Shown here: positions 48,906-61,922 of the stretch, one piece after another | How positions within the stretch are numbered: position 1 is the first letter of the stretch | Layout of the letters: each line of letters begins with the position of its first letter | Assembly: GCA_040954595.2 (NCBI GenBank) | Contig: CM082577.2 | Coordinates: 13,523,903-13,587,902 of the forward strand | Source of the DNA: Balanoglossus misakiensis | Taxonomy: Eukaryota; Animalia; Hemichordata | DNA: 64,000 nucleotides | Direction of reading: 5' to 3' | The notes under the pieces: model-generated | Told to the model about the DNA's origin: nothing | Seen by the model: the letters and a program-made list of their open reading frames with translations, nothing else | Databases searched by the model: none | Made by a program: the position numbers and the translations under genes

Positions 48906-51900
48906 TTACTGTTGCATTTCAAATTCAAACACTTCTGTTATAGCCCCTTGTAAATCATGCAAACTGTGCAGTAATTCCAGGAGCTTGGCTTTGTTTGTTG
49001 CCCGTCGTAGTTGTGTATGCAGTGATGTTCTGTCTGTCAACGGTAGTGTCTGAATTATGTCGTTGCATTCGTGTCGAAGTGTGGCATTTGTTTTATTTTC
49101 TTCTCTTTCACTTTCTTCTCTCTCGTTTTCTGTTACGAATAGTATTTTTTTTTGCCAGTGCCTGGATACTTACCTTGGCAGATGATACTTACCAGGGCAC
49201 GTCTTCTTTCTTCGGCATTGATGTTATAATTGCCAATGTGTCTATCCATAGCATCTCCTGAGATGGTAATAGGAGACCGACCAGCCTGATACTTGACATA
49301 AGATGTCTGTCTCAGTCGTCCCCTGAAACCCGTCAAGTCGTTAGAGTAGCCTGGGCGGCTACGTTCCAACGACTCGGGGTTTACAAGGCTAACGACTGAG
49401 AAGACTGTCTTTCTCAGACTGGCCAGGGCATCATGCCTGCTACAGATGACAACCCACTTACCCGAATCGGGCACTGGAGGAGCCCAGGCCTTGATGTTTT
49501 TGTTGTACTCCTCCAGGACGGCGTCCGCACCTTGATGGGCATCAGGCCTGCCAGATCGTGAAATGGCCTCGTACTTCTCCAGAGTTTGGAGAAGTATTGG
49601 TGGATACCGGGCACGGTCGGTCTCGTCATAGACGTCAATCAGTTGGTAAGTGGGGTGATTCCGACCGTGCCACAAGGTGCGAAGGAGACGCCGCCCAGCC
49701 CGTAGGTAAGTGGGTGAATTGAAGCGCGTGCCCTGTCGAAAGAGGAAAATTCCATGTAAATGTTGTAGAAGAATATTGTAAATGAAATTCATGTGAGAGT
49801 CTGTCACTGCTGCTGCATTCAACCAGCCAAGAAACAAACTGGTGGATGCATCAGCAGTGGGATTACTCACATGAAATTCATGTAGCAATTCGCTCCACAG
49901 ACAATCTCTGAATTTGCAAAGAAGGTCAAATGAAATGTGATGATCAGAACACTTCTTCACAAATTCTAGAGATCTGCCTGAGGAGAATCCCTGAGATAAA
50001 GCAAAGTCCCTGTAAATTACATCCCAATACATAGAAACAAATGATTTGACTGCATTGATTTCTTCATGTAAAAGACCCGTCCTTAAAACAACCCATGAAA
50101 ATATTCCCTCATGATCTTCTGATAAAATTTTACGGATAATTACATATGGCAAGCCATCACACCTGATTATAACCCATTCCCTATATGTACAATATAAATC
50201 TCCATTGCCCTCACCATGATTAAAATATTGTTTGATTTTTGCAAGTTTACCAATGTGATTAAGAATTTCTTTCACTGATTCGACACAATTAGGATTTACA
50301 AAAATAGGGGACATAACAGAAATATTTGCTTTATTTGCTTGTTTTGGGGGCTTTTTAACAATTCTGGTAGTTTGCTTACCCATGTGATCAACTTTTACTT
50401 CACCAACACACTCATGCAAGATGGTTCCCTTCTTCTTCTTTTTAATCTGTCTTCTGCCCGGTGAAATAAAAGTTGATGTCTTCTCTCTTTTCAGCTCCTT
50501 TCTATACTTACCCATCCAAATGCCACAACCTCGACACTTGGCAATTCTCGATTTGCCCTTCGTGTGGGTGAAACCACACTTAGGGCAAATGTCGATGCTG
50601 TCAGTATGTTGTTTTTGTTGTAAGTATGTGTCAATATAGTCAGTCTGTGGTGCATTATCTACATTGATAGTGGCTACAGAAGATAAAATTAAATTATCAA
50701 CATAAGAAGCAATGGACTCTTTGACAACTGAATCAAACTCATCATACTTGCTGTCCTCTGTATTGGAAACATCTGTCTCTGAAACCTTCTGCCACTGACT
50801 TGGCTTCAACCCAGAATCATATTGCAGTGATGATTCTGGGTCCAGCTGAGAAGCAATAATGTTAGTAAAAATATCCAAAGTAACTGAATTACCATTTCTG
50901 TTAATGTAATTTTTGGAAAGACGTTGTTCATTATCAAAAGAAAATTCAACTAACCCCTCAGGTGCATCTGGAAAATCAAAATTACCTTTAAAAAGAATAT
51001 TGTTAATAACATCATAACATGGGCCTGCTGTTACGTGGCCCATGAGATCAACTGCCAGGCGACTTCTGGTCAAACTAAATAAAATAACTTGAATTGCGGA
51101 AATAAAACTACTCACAAACTTAGGATTCCTGGCAGTATAAACAAGTTCAACGGCATGGGCAAGATATTGAGTGTTATTTTGGATTCCAGTATTTGGCATA
51201 CAGATCTCCTCAAGAAAGGAAACCAAGACAGGATTCCGTTCTGACAATAGATTATGTAAATCTATGTCTGATAAATTTTGAACGGAATACCTGTCTTGGT
51301 TTTGGCAGAGGAGATCTGCATGCCTGTAAATTTCTAAATTTTCTAATTTACCAATTTCCCTAATTGCTTCCACCCTCTTATCACTTGTGCTAAACCTCCC
51401 CCCGATTTCCCTTTTCAGCCTCTCAATTTCTTCCTCCAACTCTTTTATTTTCTCTTTGTCCTGAAAATAAAATAAAAATAAAATACACATTTTATTCAGA
51501 AATACCATTTTAATCATTTCAAGGCCCAAACTGACAGCATTTTCTTTGCATTGATTGTAGACCATTTCAATTACCTTGCTTCTGTCTTACTCTTCACCAG
51601 TCTTCTTTTGATTTTGTCGATGTTCACACTCCTGAAATAAATGCAAGATTTAAAGCATTAAATTATTATTCACTCATGTAAGTTAGACCAGAAGAACAAT
51701 TTAAAAAAAATCTACTTAAATTTGGCTATTGCAAGCTAACCAAAATTTCAAGGGTTTACAATACGTAGGAAACTTACGTAACAGTTCACCTCCATTGTAT
51801 GAGGCTGGCATGACCCAGCGGCCTCCGTGGCTAAACATGACTGTAAATACAAATAAAAATACAATAAAATTAATGCTTATGGTTTGTCTTTTTTTCCATA

Positions 51901-52975
51901 GTTGCTTGTTTTGTGTGTTTTGATGATGAATCAAGTAAATTAATAGGCACAAAAAACACACAATAAGAATAAACATGACTTACATCAAAATAAAATACTG
52001 GCCTGACTACCATGCATTTTAATCAGATATGTATCATACATACACACATAACTACCTGTGCATTGTTGTTGTCTTTGTGTGGCATATAAATCAGAATAAT
52101 TTCTTCACAATAAAAAAGATGTGTATACTGTGTTCCTGTGTGGTCCTCAAATATTTTGTCAGAGTTGAAAATACATGCAGCACAGTTTTTCATTTACCTT
52201 TGGTTCTTCAGGAATCGCTGCCGGTGTCCTCCAAGTCGCAGCGTGCGATTTTTTTTTCAAGAATGACTGAAAAATAATTTAGTGTCTACAGTTATTTTAT
52301 GGTTATTGAATTATTGACATTGTATATCCCACACCTGCGTTTATTGTAGCACCTGTCTGTTCCTTGTGAACTTTTATGTCAAAATCTTTCAAAACTTGAA
52401 TAATTGTTGATAAACACAACAATAGTTCATGCTGGTAATTATTATTCAAATAGTTTTACAGAAGGTTGTCATTTGATCACACTACTCAGTTCCGTTTTTT
52501 CTTTTTCTACTTTTTTGTTAAATTCTTATTTTTTGCACAAGGAGATATGTTCCTGCATTAATTCTATAAAATGCATAACTTCATGGGTAAATTCTGCAAA
52601 ATAAACAAATACGCTACGTATATAAAACGTGAATCAATAGCATTGACCGATAGTTTTTTTGTGCAGGTAACGTCTTCAGAATAACAAAAAAGTTACAAAA
52701 GAGTGACTTACCATTTGTTTGAGGCAGTCTGCACAGACGGATCCCCGTGTTCGAAATCCAGCCATATATTTTTTTGCATAGGCTGGCAATTTGACGTATT
52801 GGAACAACGGGGCCGCTAGACTGCCCCATTCGTCATGTCGAGGACATCGGCACTTTGGGACGTAACGTCCTGTTTGTTTCTCCATCTTTTCTGATTTGTG
52901 ATGTCGTCTGTCGCTACGTCTTGTCGCGCGAGCACCGTCAGCTTTTATCGCTAGCTCGCGCTCGGGCACTACCAT
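48906..52975 (-). CDS. Putative DDE transposase, Academ/DUF6589-like, spliced; one homopolymer frameshift near the C-terminus
   Basis: Exon 1 52975-52712 (Cys/His cluster, ATG|GTAAGT donor), several small exons at 52.4-51.57 kb, large exon from ~51460. Motifs FSFDNEQ, CPKC..CRGC, PIFVNPN, IIRCDGLPY, RTGLLHEEIN, SDHH, QGADAVLEEYNKNIK. The frame continues after the T9 run (49145-49153) to a stop at 48906. Confidence 0.75.
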
Positions 52976-53454
52976 GTCGTCAAAACTAGTGTAGGCGCCG
53001 AAATCAAAATTTATTATTTCACAAAAGCACTGGTGAAAATTTTTCTTATTGACTCGGAAGCAAGTTTGACTCGTACTTTCTTGTTTTTAATTGACGGGAT
53101 ATCCCCAAACAGCGTATTTGACCCCAAAATTTACATTTGAAAAGAAAGGGTCATGATTTTCATAACAAAGGGCGGGGAAATGGGTGAGAGGCGCGGCTTT
53201 CCGGGCACGTCATTGGTCAGATCGCGTTCTACATATTAACGATATGTAAATTTTTATGCTAATAAGCAACTCCTAATATGGGTCATCGATGCGACTGTAA
53301 TGAGCTAAGTGTTCATGGGTAATCCAGAAAGTTCTGCAGGGCATGCGCACATCAGACATAATTCGCGCGCCTTTTTTGTCAGACGACATTTTGTTGCTGG
53401 GATTTTTCTGGATTGCTGTCGCTAAATCGTAAGTATTGTCTTGAAGTTGGCAAA

Positions 53455-55893
53455 ATGGCATTAAATATTGGCACGATAGAGGAACCTATATTTAACTGTA
53501 GTTTGTGTACGTACTCGAGTGTTACATTTTCATCTTTCAAGAGGCACTTTGTACGTTTTCATAAAAACGACCCTAATTTTTTCTGTAGCTTGTTGTATTG
53601 ATTCTTGTGGTCACACAACTCATCGATGGACAAATTATAGGGTTCATGTTCATAGAAAACATAGACATGTAAACAGTGAGGTTGTTGATGACATTGTTGA
53701 CATTGAAACAGATGAAGATATTGTGCACCCATTTGTAAACGAGACAAGTGTAAACCATTACAACGCCATGTTTACTCTGAGTTTAGAATCAAAGCACAAT
53801 GTTTCACAAGCTGGCATTGATAATGTTGTGTCAACGACAAACAGTTTAGTTCAGAGTCATATGGATATATACAGGAAACGTGTGGTCGACAAATTGGAAA
53901 GTATTGGTATAGATCCACACATCATTGATGACATTGATATTGATACGGGGTTAGAATTATTTTATACGGACACAAGAAGAAAGACGTTCTATAAAAAGAA
54001 GCTAGAAACGCTAGTTGAGCCCAAGGCTGTAACAATTGGTAAAAAGTTTGTCACTAAGGATGGTATGGTACACGAAATGCCGACGTTGGGATATATTGTT
54101 CCTTTTAGTAAATGTTTACAACAGTTGTTAATGTTGCCTGAAGTATGGGAACATGTACAGCATCCTCATGTGTCATCTGATGACTCTTTCATGAATGACA
54201 TCTGTGACAGAGACTTTGTAAGAAATCATCCTCTATTTCTGAATGACAATCGATCACTTCAGATTGTTCTGAATTGTGATGATTTGGAAATTGTTAACCC
54301 AGTGGGCAGTTAAAAAGCACAAACTGACGGTTTTCTATTTCAGTTTGGCAAATATTCCCCCCCGAGTACAGATCTAAACTTCATGCAATTCAACTTCTGG
54401 CAGTATGTAAATCAAAAGATATCAGAAATGCTGATTCAGAAAGAAAGTTGCTCTCTGATTTTATAGACACAATGATTGAGATGGGAAATGACGGCCTAGA
54501 AATGGACCTACATGGTGAAAAACATGTCATGGTTTCTGCAGATACTTTGGCAGCAAATTGGCTAGGGAAATTTAAGGAGGGGGTTTCATTTGCCCTGAAA
54601 AATTGCAGAAGATGTGAAGTGGAGGCTGCAAACCTGAAGCATGTGTTTGATGAAAGGCAAGTTGTGTTAAGAAATAGAGAGACACACATGGAAAGATGTA
54701 ATGACCTTTCGGAAATGAGTAAAAAGGCGAGGATATACTGGAGTAAGTTGTGGGGAGTAAATGGTTCTAGTGAACTTTTGAAGATAAGGCAGTTTGATTT
54801 GCTTTCTGGCCTTGTTCAAGATCCAATGCATATTCTGTTGGAAGGAGTTGTCCAACATGAGCTGTCCCTTGCTCTCATTAGATTTATATATGTGCAAAGA
54901 CTGTTCACAATTAGTTGGTTGAATACAGCAGTTAGAGGATTTCCATATTCATATTTGCATATTCGATCAAAACCAGAGTCAATAGAGAAGAAACACATTG
55001 ATGGCTGTGGAACAATCAAGCAGAGTGCCTCAGCTATGCTCACCTTAGTGCATACTCTTCCTATCATTATTGGGCATCGAATACCCGTTGGTGACATTTA
55101 TTGGCAAAATATGTTGCGTCTGATACAAATTGTACTGTTTTGTACATCATCATATTGTACAAGAGAAACAGCAATGTATTTGAAAAATCTTATTGCTGAG
55201 TATCTGTACAATTTTAAGTCTTTGTATTCCAAAGCATCATTCATCCCTAAAATGCATTATATGGTGCACCTTCCTTCCCAAATGTTGATGTATGGACCAC
55301 TTCGACACCATTGGTGCATGAGATTTGAAGGCAAAAATGGTTATTTTGCAAATAAGAGGTATAAGAACTTCAGAAATATTCCACTGACATTAGCAACTCG
55401 CCATCAAATATACATGGCATACATGCAGGCTGGTTATGATGGTGGACGGTCAGGTTCGTTTTTGTATGGAGGTGACACAGTGGGTCCTGGTGTTGAAGTT
55501 AGTTTTAGGGAAGTGTATCCAGAGTTGCTCCATCCATTCTCTCAGATGACAATGATTGATGTTGATAGAGTGTATCAAACTTCACATGTCTCAATTCACG
55601 GTAATGATTACTATAGGGGTTGTGCTCTGGTAATTGATTATTGTGATGATATACCAGTATTTTGTATATTACTTGATGTAGTTGTGCTGGATCATGTGAA
55701 ATATTTCATCCTTGAAGAAGTTGAAGCAGAATTTAATGGGCATATTTTAGCCTATGCAGTCAGCTCAGTAGACAGGAAGAAGATAGTCAGACATTCAGAA
55801 TTAAAATTTAAGTGGCCCCTTAGTGTTTACACATACCAGGGTTCAGATGTTGTCATGAATACTAACAGTCACACATTCATAAACCCATTTTAA
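53455..55893 (+). pseudogene. EnSpm/CACTA-type transposase with two N-terminal C2H2 fingers, frameshifted
   Basis: CSLC..HFVRFH and CCIDSC..HVHRKH; DDLEIVNPVGS..HKL..FYF..NIPPEYRS; ADTLAA..CRRC; DPMHILLEG; PKMHYMVH..GPLRHHWCMRFEGKN. Breaks at ~53580 and ~54311-54345. Confidence 0.88.
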
Positions 55894-56077
55894 AACCTTT
55901 GTTGATATACATTTCTCATGTTCAATGCACCAGTTTCATGAGATATGGTAGTGGGGACCAACAGTCTATAGTTACATAAAGAATGCATTTCATTCCAATA
56001 AGCAATATGCCATTTTGCCAGATGACAATACTTAACAAAGTACTCCTAATTTGAATGTTATTGTGTGTTAGCTCACA

Positions 56078-56466
56078 ATGCCAGTGTTCAAAGTATGGAA
56101 TGCAGGAAGGACAGTGAAAAAGGCTGTAGTTGCAACGAATCTGTCTGAAATCAAAGAAAAAGGTGAGCTGTTTTAATTTTCTTATTGTATCGTAGAAGTA
56201 ATACTTATCAATTACTTATGCTATAGCTTAGCTTAAAACCAGTAATCTCTTTAGGAGTTTCCTGTAGATTTAACATGTAAATTTACATCTAAATTCAACT
56301 AAAATGATTTCTAAAGAGTGTTCTCTTTATTTGCAGGGGCACAGAAAGTTCTCTTGCCTCCTTGTGTTCATCCTATGGACATAACTGTAGTTCTGGAGGA
56401 AGATGGTACCATCATAGATGAAGACGACATCCTCTTGGAACTTGGTGGCAAAACTTTGCTCCTGTT
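56078..56466 (+). pseudogene. CIDE-N-domain gene, 5' two exons, truncated by the RAG1-like element
   Basis: Exons 56078-56162 and 56337-56466 (GT-AG, phase 1): MPVFKVWNAGRTVKKAVVATNLSEIKEKGAQKVLLPPCVHPMDITVVLEEDGTIIDEDDILLELGGKTLLL, carrying the CIDE-N signature VLEEDGT.(V/I)DE. Confidence 0.8.
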
Positions 56467-57107
56467 CACGTATGTTCAATACGCTGGATAATGTCAACTG
56501 AGTTCTACACATGCTCAGAAAAAATAAGCATAATTCTTGGGTCATGACCTAGATAGATGACGTATTGTGTGTAAATACAAAGGAACGGCCCATAGAAACC
56601 GTCCCGCCCCTTCATGTTTCCCCGGACTTTCTGCCAATAAATTTGTACCATTAAATGTCAATAATCTGTCAAACTATCCATATATGTCTATATTTTTCGC
56701 ATAATTAGCTGTATGGGTGGTTCCAAATCCAAAACGCGCGAAATTTTGACTTTGCGGTCGTCGAGCCTAGTCCGTGTCAGACAGACGCTCAGGCTGGGTG
56801 ACGACATCTGTTTCACAGGTTACGTAAAAAATAATCGTATTTTAAACAATTTTCTTGAGTTTTACTAGACATTTGGTTTTCAACAAACGTTTCTTCATCA
56901 ATTACATTTTTATTTTATGAATTAGTTCTCTGAGGCTAATTTTATTTTCATTGCTCTCCCGATAAAAACATTTTTTTTGCGATCGTAGGAGACGCCCGTT
57001 GCTAGGGACGCCATTTCATTTTTCGCTGTCAGTGATCGCATTTTGTTGTTTGATAGGGTACTTTCGCTTTATTTTGGGGGTTCGATTTTAGGTTGTGATA
57101 GAAAATA

Positions 57108-60100
57108 ATGATGTTTGGTTTAGAATTCCATAGATTTTGTTTGAGTAAATTGTGTAGAATTTGTGGGGGGAGAGCCCAAAGTTCATTGAGTTCATTACAA
57201 GGAAAATCGCCCAAGCAATGTTCTGTTTATGTCAACGAAATATCAGTTTTTGGGGTTGATATTTCGAATGATGAAACAGATGTACATCCCTCAAACTTGT
57301 GTTACCTATGTTACAAAAAATATGTAACAATGCAAATTTTTATGGTACCAGTGATCAGTGGGTGGGCCATCCTAGGGTTGGGTCCTGTAGTATATGTGAG
57401 ATGTTTACAAAACAAAGTAAGGGTGGGAGACCAAAAAAAAATAAAAGGGGAAGGCCACCAACTTATAAGAAAGGGGAGGGGGAATATACTATCAATTCTG
57501 GGGAGGGGTCAATTTTGACAAATGAGGGGTTGGAATATCTAACAACACAAGCCAGGGCTTCACAGACATTTCATTGTCCAGAAAACTTCAATCCAATGCT
57601 AACTGAAAATGATGTTAAGTGTAGTGTGTGTTTGTCTTTGTTCAATTGTCCATTGGAAAGTCCTTGTGAACATGTCTGATGTAGTGAGTGTCTAATCAAG
57701 GTATTCAAAACTGAAAATATGTCATGTATTCGTTGTCCTTGTTGTAGTCAGTCGGTCTCATGTTTTTCTGTTCGTCCAGCTAAACGTTATTTTCTTAATA
57801 TTTTGTGTTCTCTTCCAATGGAATGTCTTAATTGTAAACAAACTGTTGTCCTTGATTCTGTGTCGCAGCATGTCTGTCCCCAAAGACCAAAGCCTGTCCC
57901 CAATGTCACAAATACTGAAAGTACAATTACCGCCAATATTTTACAAAGGCCACCAGACTTGCCACTCACTCCTGCATTGGAAAAGGTGGCAACTCATCTT
58001 CTTAAAACAAAACTTCACCAGTCAACTGATGGTAAGACTGCTGTTTACAAAACTGGCGGACCGGTGAGTTTCACTTTCAATATCATAATCATAATTGCGT
58101 GTATGGCATGTTTACATTAACCCTTTCAATTCAAAATGAAACTGGAACATTTGTTTGATTTCAATAAAATGTAAAATTCTAAATTTGTGAGCTGCCAGTA
58201 CTCAAACAACGAAGCATCAAGATAAGAAATAGTAATTTTATTGTCTTTAATGATTTTCAAGAATCTTGTTGTGATGCACACTCCACAACCAAGAAAATCA
58301 TCAGAGCAGGCAACAAGGACTACCATCAGACAAAGGTCCAGGTATCTGGAAGAAGAAAGGGACATAATTAGTAAGGGCAGTACAAACCAGCAGCACAGAG
58401 ATGAGATACAAGTGGCATCAAAGCAACAAAGAATAGATCAAATATTTGACAAAATACCAAGAACAAGAGTGAGTCATGAGGAGATGCTCTCATTGAAAGC
58501 GGATAGGGATCTCATGGAATTCCAACAGAAAACTGAAAAGGTAGGTTGATAGCTATGTCACAAGTTATTGCTAATCAAATGTCACAATTTCATGCATACA
58601 GCTGCTTATAGTAATACATATAAAAATTATAATGATTGTCTTACAAGTCTTACATTCTTTTTATTTTATATCAAACTCAGATGGTTCAACCAATGGGGTG
58701 TAAAAACAGCTGGAGAAGGCAAGATTAGACAAGTAAAGGAAGACATCGTCGGAGAAAACATTCTTGCTGAAAATCTTCCTTTTAGGTTTACAGATGAGAA
58801 TGGACACAAACAGATGAAGCTGGCACCATGGATATGTGTGGATGACTTACCCTTGAGGGTCATCAAACAATTGGAAGAAAATGAGAAGTAAGTTTGAAAC
58901 AATATAATTTCTTTTTCTTAGACTGACCATGAATTTATCTATGACAGAAATGAAAATTTGGCATCACTCGCTAAATATACAAACAATGTGTGAGGTATTG
59001 ACTTGTTAGTATTAAGTAATCTGCCATTCCGCCACAATGGTTGTTGTATCAGAATGAGGCTGGTCACATCCTGACAATTTTTCATTGATTTTAATATTTA
59101 AACACTATAAAAATCTGCCAGGGGTGGGACTGCTACATTTTGACACTGGTGAGGTTGATTGGCAAACAGGACATTGACTCATGCATAATACTTACCTTTC
59201 TATCTACGCTAAAAAAATATGAAGACATGGGGTCCATAGAGTCCTGGAAAATCCTGGAAAGTCCTTGAATTTGATAGTGTTCCTGGAAGGATGCAATTTA
59301 CCCCAGAAATACCTGGAAAATAATCAATAAATAACAATGATTATTCATTGTGTTTATACAGATAATAGTATATGTAGGTCGTGTTAACTATATGATCTTA
59401 CCGGTCAACACTTCTAAAAAATCAAGATGTTTGTTTAAATACTCCTGGAAAACTAGTTGGAAACTCCTGAAATGTTATTCGATACCAGATCTAAGAACCT
59501 GGTGATGAGTAATTTAATTATGACATGTTCAATACTGAATGGTTTCCTGGTTTATTTTGTAGACTGAACAACCTGACATGGCATCACAACAAAATCCCAG
59601 CTAAAGAAATCTGGCTGAAAATCGGTGGTGACAAGGGAGGAGGAAGTTTTAAAGGCATGTTTCAATTGGCTAATGTGAATCGTCCAAACAATAAAAACAA
59701 CACAGTCGTCTTCTGTCTCTATGAAAGTGGGGACTGCTATTCGAATTTGTCCACAGCTATTGCAAGGTTCAAGGAGCAAATCAATCAACTGAAATCATTA
59801 ACCTGGAAGTAAGTTTATTTCTTAACATCAAACAAGTTTTGTGTAGAACTTCAATTATTTAAAGATATGTTATCAATACAATTTTGGAGTACATTGTAGT
59901 ATGAGACAAAACACATATTTCTCACTAATGATGTTTTCTTTTATTTTGATTGGAATAGAGACAAAGCATTCCGAGTATTTGCTTTTGGCGACTACGAATA
60001 TCTTTGTAGAATGTATGGTCTCAGTGGTCCTAGTGGAAGGCATTTCTGCCTATGGTGCCTTGCCACACAAGAGGATGCCCAGACTGCAAGGCACCACAGG

Positions 60101-61922
60101 CAGATACCTCTAAGGACCCTGGCCCAATTGGAACAAGACCATGACAAGTTCAACACCCTGGGTAATGGCAAGTTAGCTAATGCAAAGAAGTACAATAATG
60201 TCATACACAATGCCATCTTTGACATTGAAATATCACAGGTAATCACAATTACTGACTTCTAATTAATTTTCTCTTGTCCCTATCCAGTCGATACTGATAT
60301 CTGTGGTTTTAATTTGACAATAATATTCACCAACGATTTAACCACTGTCTCTGTGCTTCCCTATATCAAAAGCAAGGATGATAAATTATACTATGAATTT
60401 TACTGTTACAGGTGTGTGTACCGAGTCTTCATCTTGATCTGGGAATTTACCTGAGGTTTTATAACCTGATGGAGGCAGAAATAAATGCATTAGACAGGAA
60501 AATCGGGGTATACCTCGCTGAGTGCCATGCTGACACCAATGGGTACACCCCTGAGTTCCAACAATATGTACTAGCTATGGAAAAAGTTGCTGAAAAGCAA
60601 GAAGATTTACAGCAACTAAAGCTTCAGACTCAGAGTGACAATCTACAAAAAGAAATAGAACTACTGGTAAGAAATCATTATATGTACATGTATTGGCATG
60701 GTATCTGTACGTAACTCATCCGAATATATACTGATGCCAGTGATTGTACCTAACAAATGAAATTCTGCTGAGAAAATGAACTTGTAAATCATACAAATTT
60801 AATCCCTTTTTTATTATAGGAGAAGGCAATCAAGGACATGTTGGAGAACACCACATTGAAAGTCACAGCTGGCATACTAGCCCAAAAGCTCGACAGTGTA
60901 CTCCAACAGATTGGCGTTCATAGACAGGCTTACCATGGAATGTCCTTTGTGGGAAACCATGTTCACAAGTGTTTGCAAGTAAGTTTCTTAGTGATAACAT
61001 GATCTTACCTTGTAGAGTGAATGATGACAGACTGGACAGCTAGTTACCCTTTTCCAAGGCACCATAATATTAAAGTATAATAACAATCTGGTATTTGAGA
61101 ATGAGAATGAGAATATACACATTAATGTATGTACATGGTAATGGAAATATAATATTATATTATTGATTATATGCTGACTTAAGTTTTGGGCAATTATATC
61201 TTCTGAAATGATACTAAATAAACATATTATCTATCTACCTAGGATACCAATATCAACAAGTTGACTGATTCTATTCTGTGTGAAGTAGAAACAGTTTGTC
61301 CCAGTTTGGCTGCAGAAGCCCGTGCTGTATGTTTCAAATTTAACAGGCTATTCAAGTTACTTGCCAGGTGCCACAGTGGTTACAGCAAAGCTGAGAGTAT
61401 GGAAGCTGCTGAGATTGATGAATTAGGTAGGTAAAGTACAAATCAACACTTACCTTATTACCACATCCAAACTGGACCCCAGTTCCGAGAGAGTGTGACG
61501 TAGAACAGGGGGTATATGGATTTTTGATCTGTCCTGTCCTATGTCACACACTATGTCACTAATTTCTATGTAATGTATTTGTTCACCTTACAGAAACAAA
61601 TATTGACAGCTTGATGGCATATTACAGAGAATATTTTCCCAATGCAAGGATTTCCCCCAAACTACATATTTTGGAGGACCACACCACACAATTTATAAGA
61701 TCTTGGAGATTTGGATGCGGCTTCCATGGAGAACAAGGTGGCGAGAGTGTGCATGCCGACATGAATAATATAACATCAAATATCAGAGGACTCAAGGACC
61801 CTTTACAAATCGCCAAATCCATGCTGAAAGAGCACTGGGTACAGGTATCACCAACAACACTCCAACACAAACCACCAGTAAAAAAGAGAAAGTCTAGCGC
61901 ATCTATGACTAGTGTTACATAG
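57108..61922 (+). pseudogene. RAG1L: RAG1-like transposase, 9 exons, three lesions in the N-terminal part, catalytic-core exons open
   Basis: Exons 57108-58063, 58262-58540, 58681-58887, 59563-59808, 59959-60238, 60412-60667, 60820-60978, 61243-61426, 61594-61922. CND (LCRICG..DVHPSNLCYLC..WVGH..CSIC), RING (CSVC..CEHV*CSEC..CPCC), ZFA (CLNC..HVC). Core KIGGD(59630), FGD(59990)YEYLCRMYGLSGPSGRHFCLWC, LHLDLG, FVGN, PKLHILEDH, EQGGE(61743)S. Frameshifts at ~57320 and ~58505, stop at 57677-57679. Confidence 0.87.

Larger units (their letters stand above)
46198..53297. mobile_element. 7.1-kb TIR transposon (Academ/DUF6589-like transposase plus HIRAN gene), 5-bp TSD TAATG
   Basis: TIRs 46198-46509 and 52975-53297, the first ~100 bp identical, termini CAGTCGCATCGATG. 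TAATG at 46193-46197 and 53298-53302. Confidence 0.92.
44040..56466 (+). mobile_element. Decayed CACTA/EnSpm (CMC) element, interrupted and right-truncated
   Basis: Candidate left terminus CACTGTAAAAAAAG at 44040, transposase pseudogene 53455-55893, accessory CIDE-N gene. No matching right end seen in the window. Linking the terminus to the transposase is inference. Confidence 0.6.

Noticed and set aside
56467-56475. CAC|GTATGT read as the CIDE-N exon 2 splice donor
   Set aside because: The same 11-mer and a second block recur inverted at 63450-63487, so a TIR explains it better, though it could also act as a cryptic donor.
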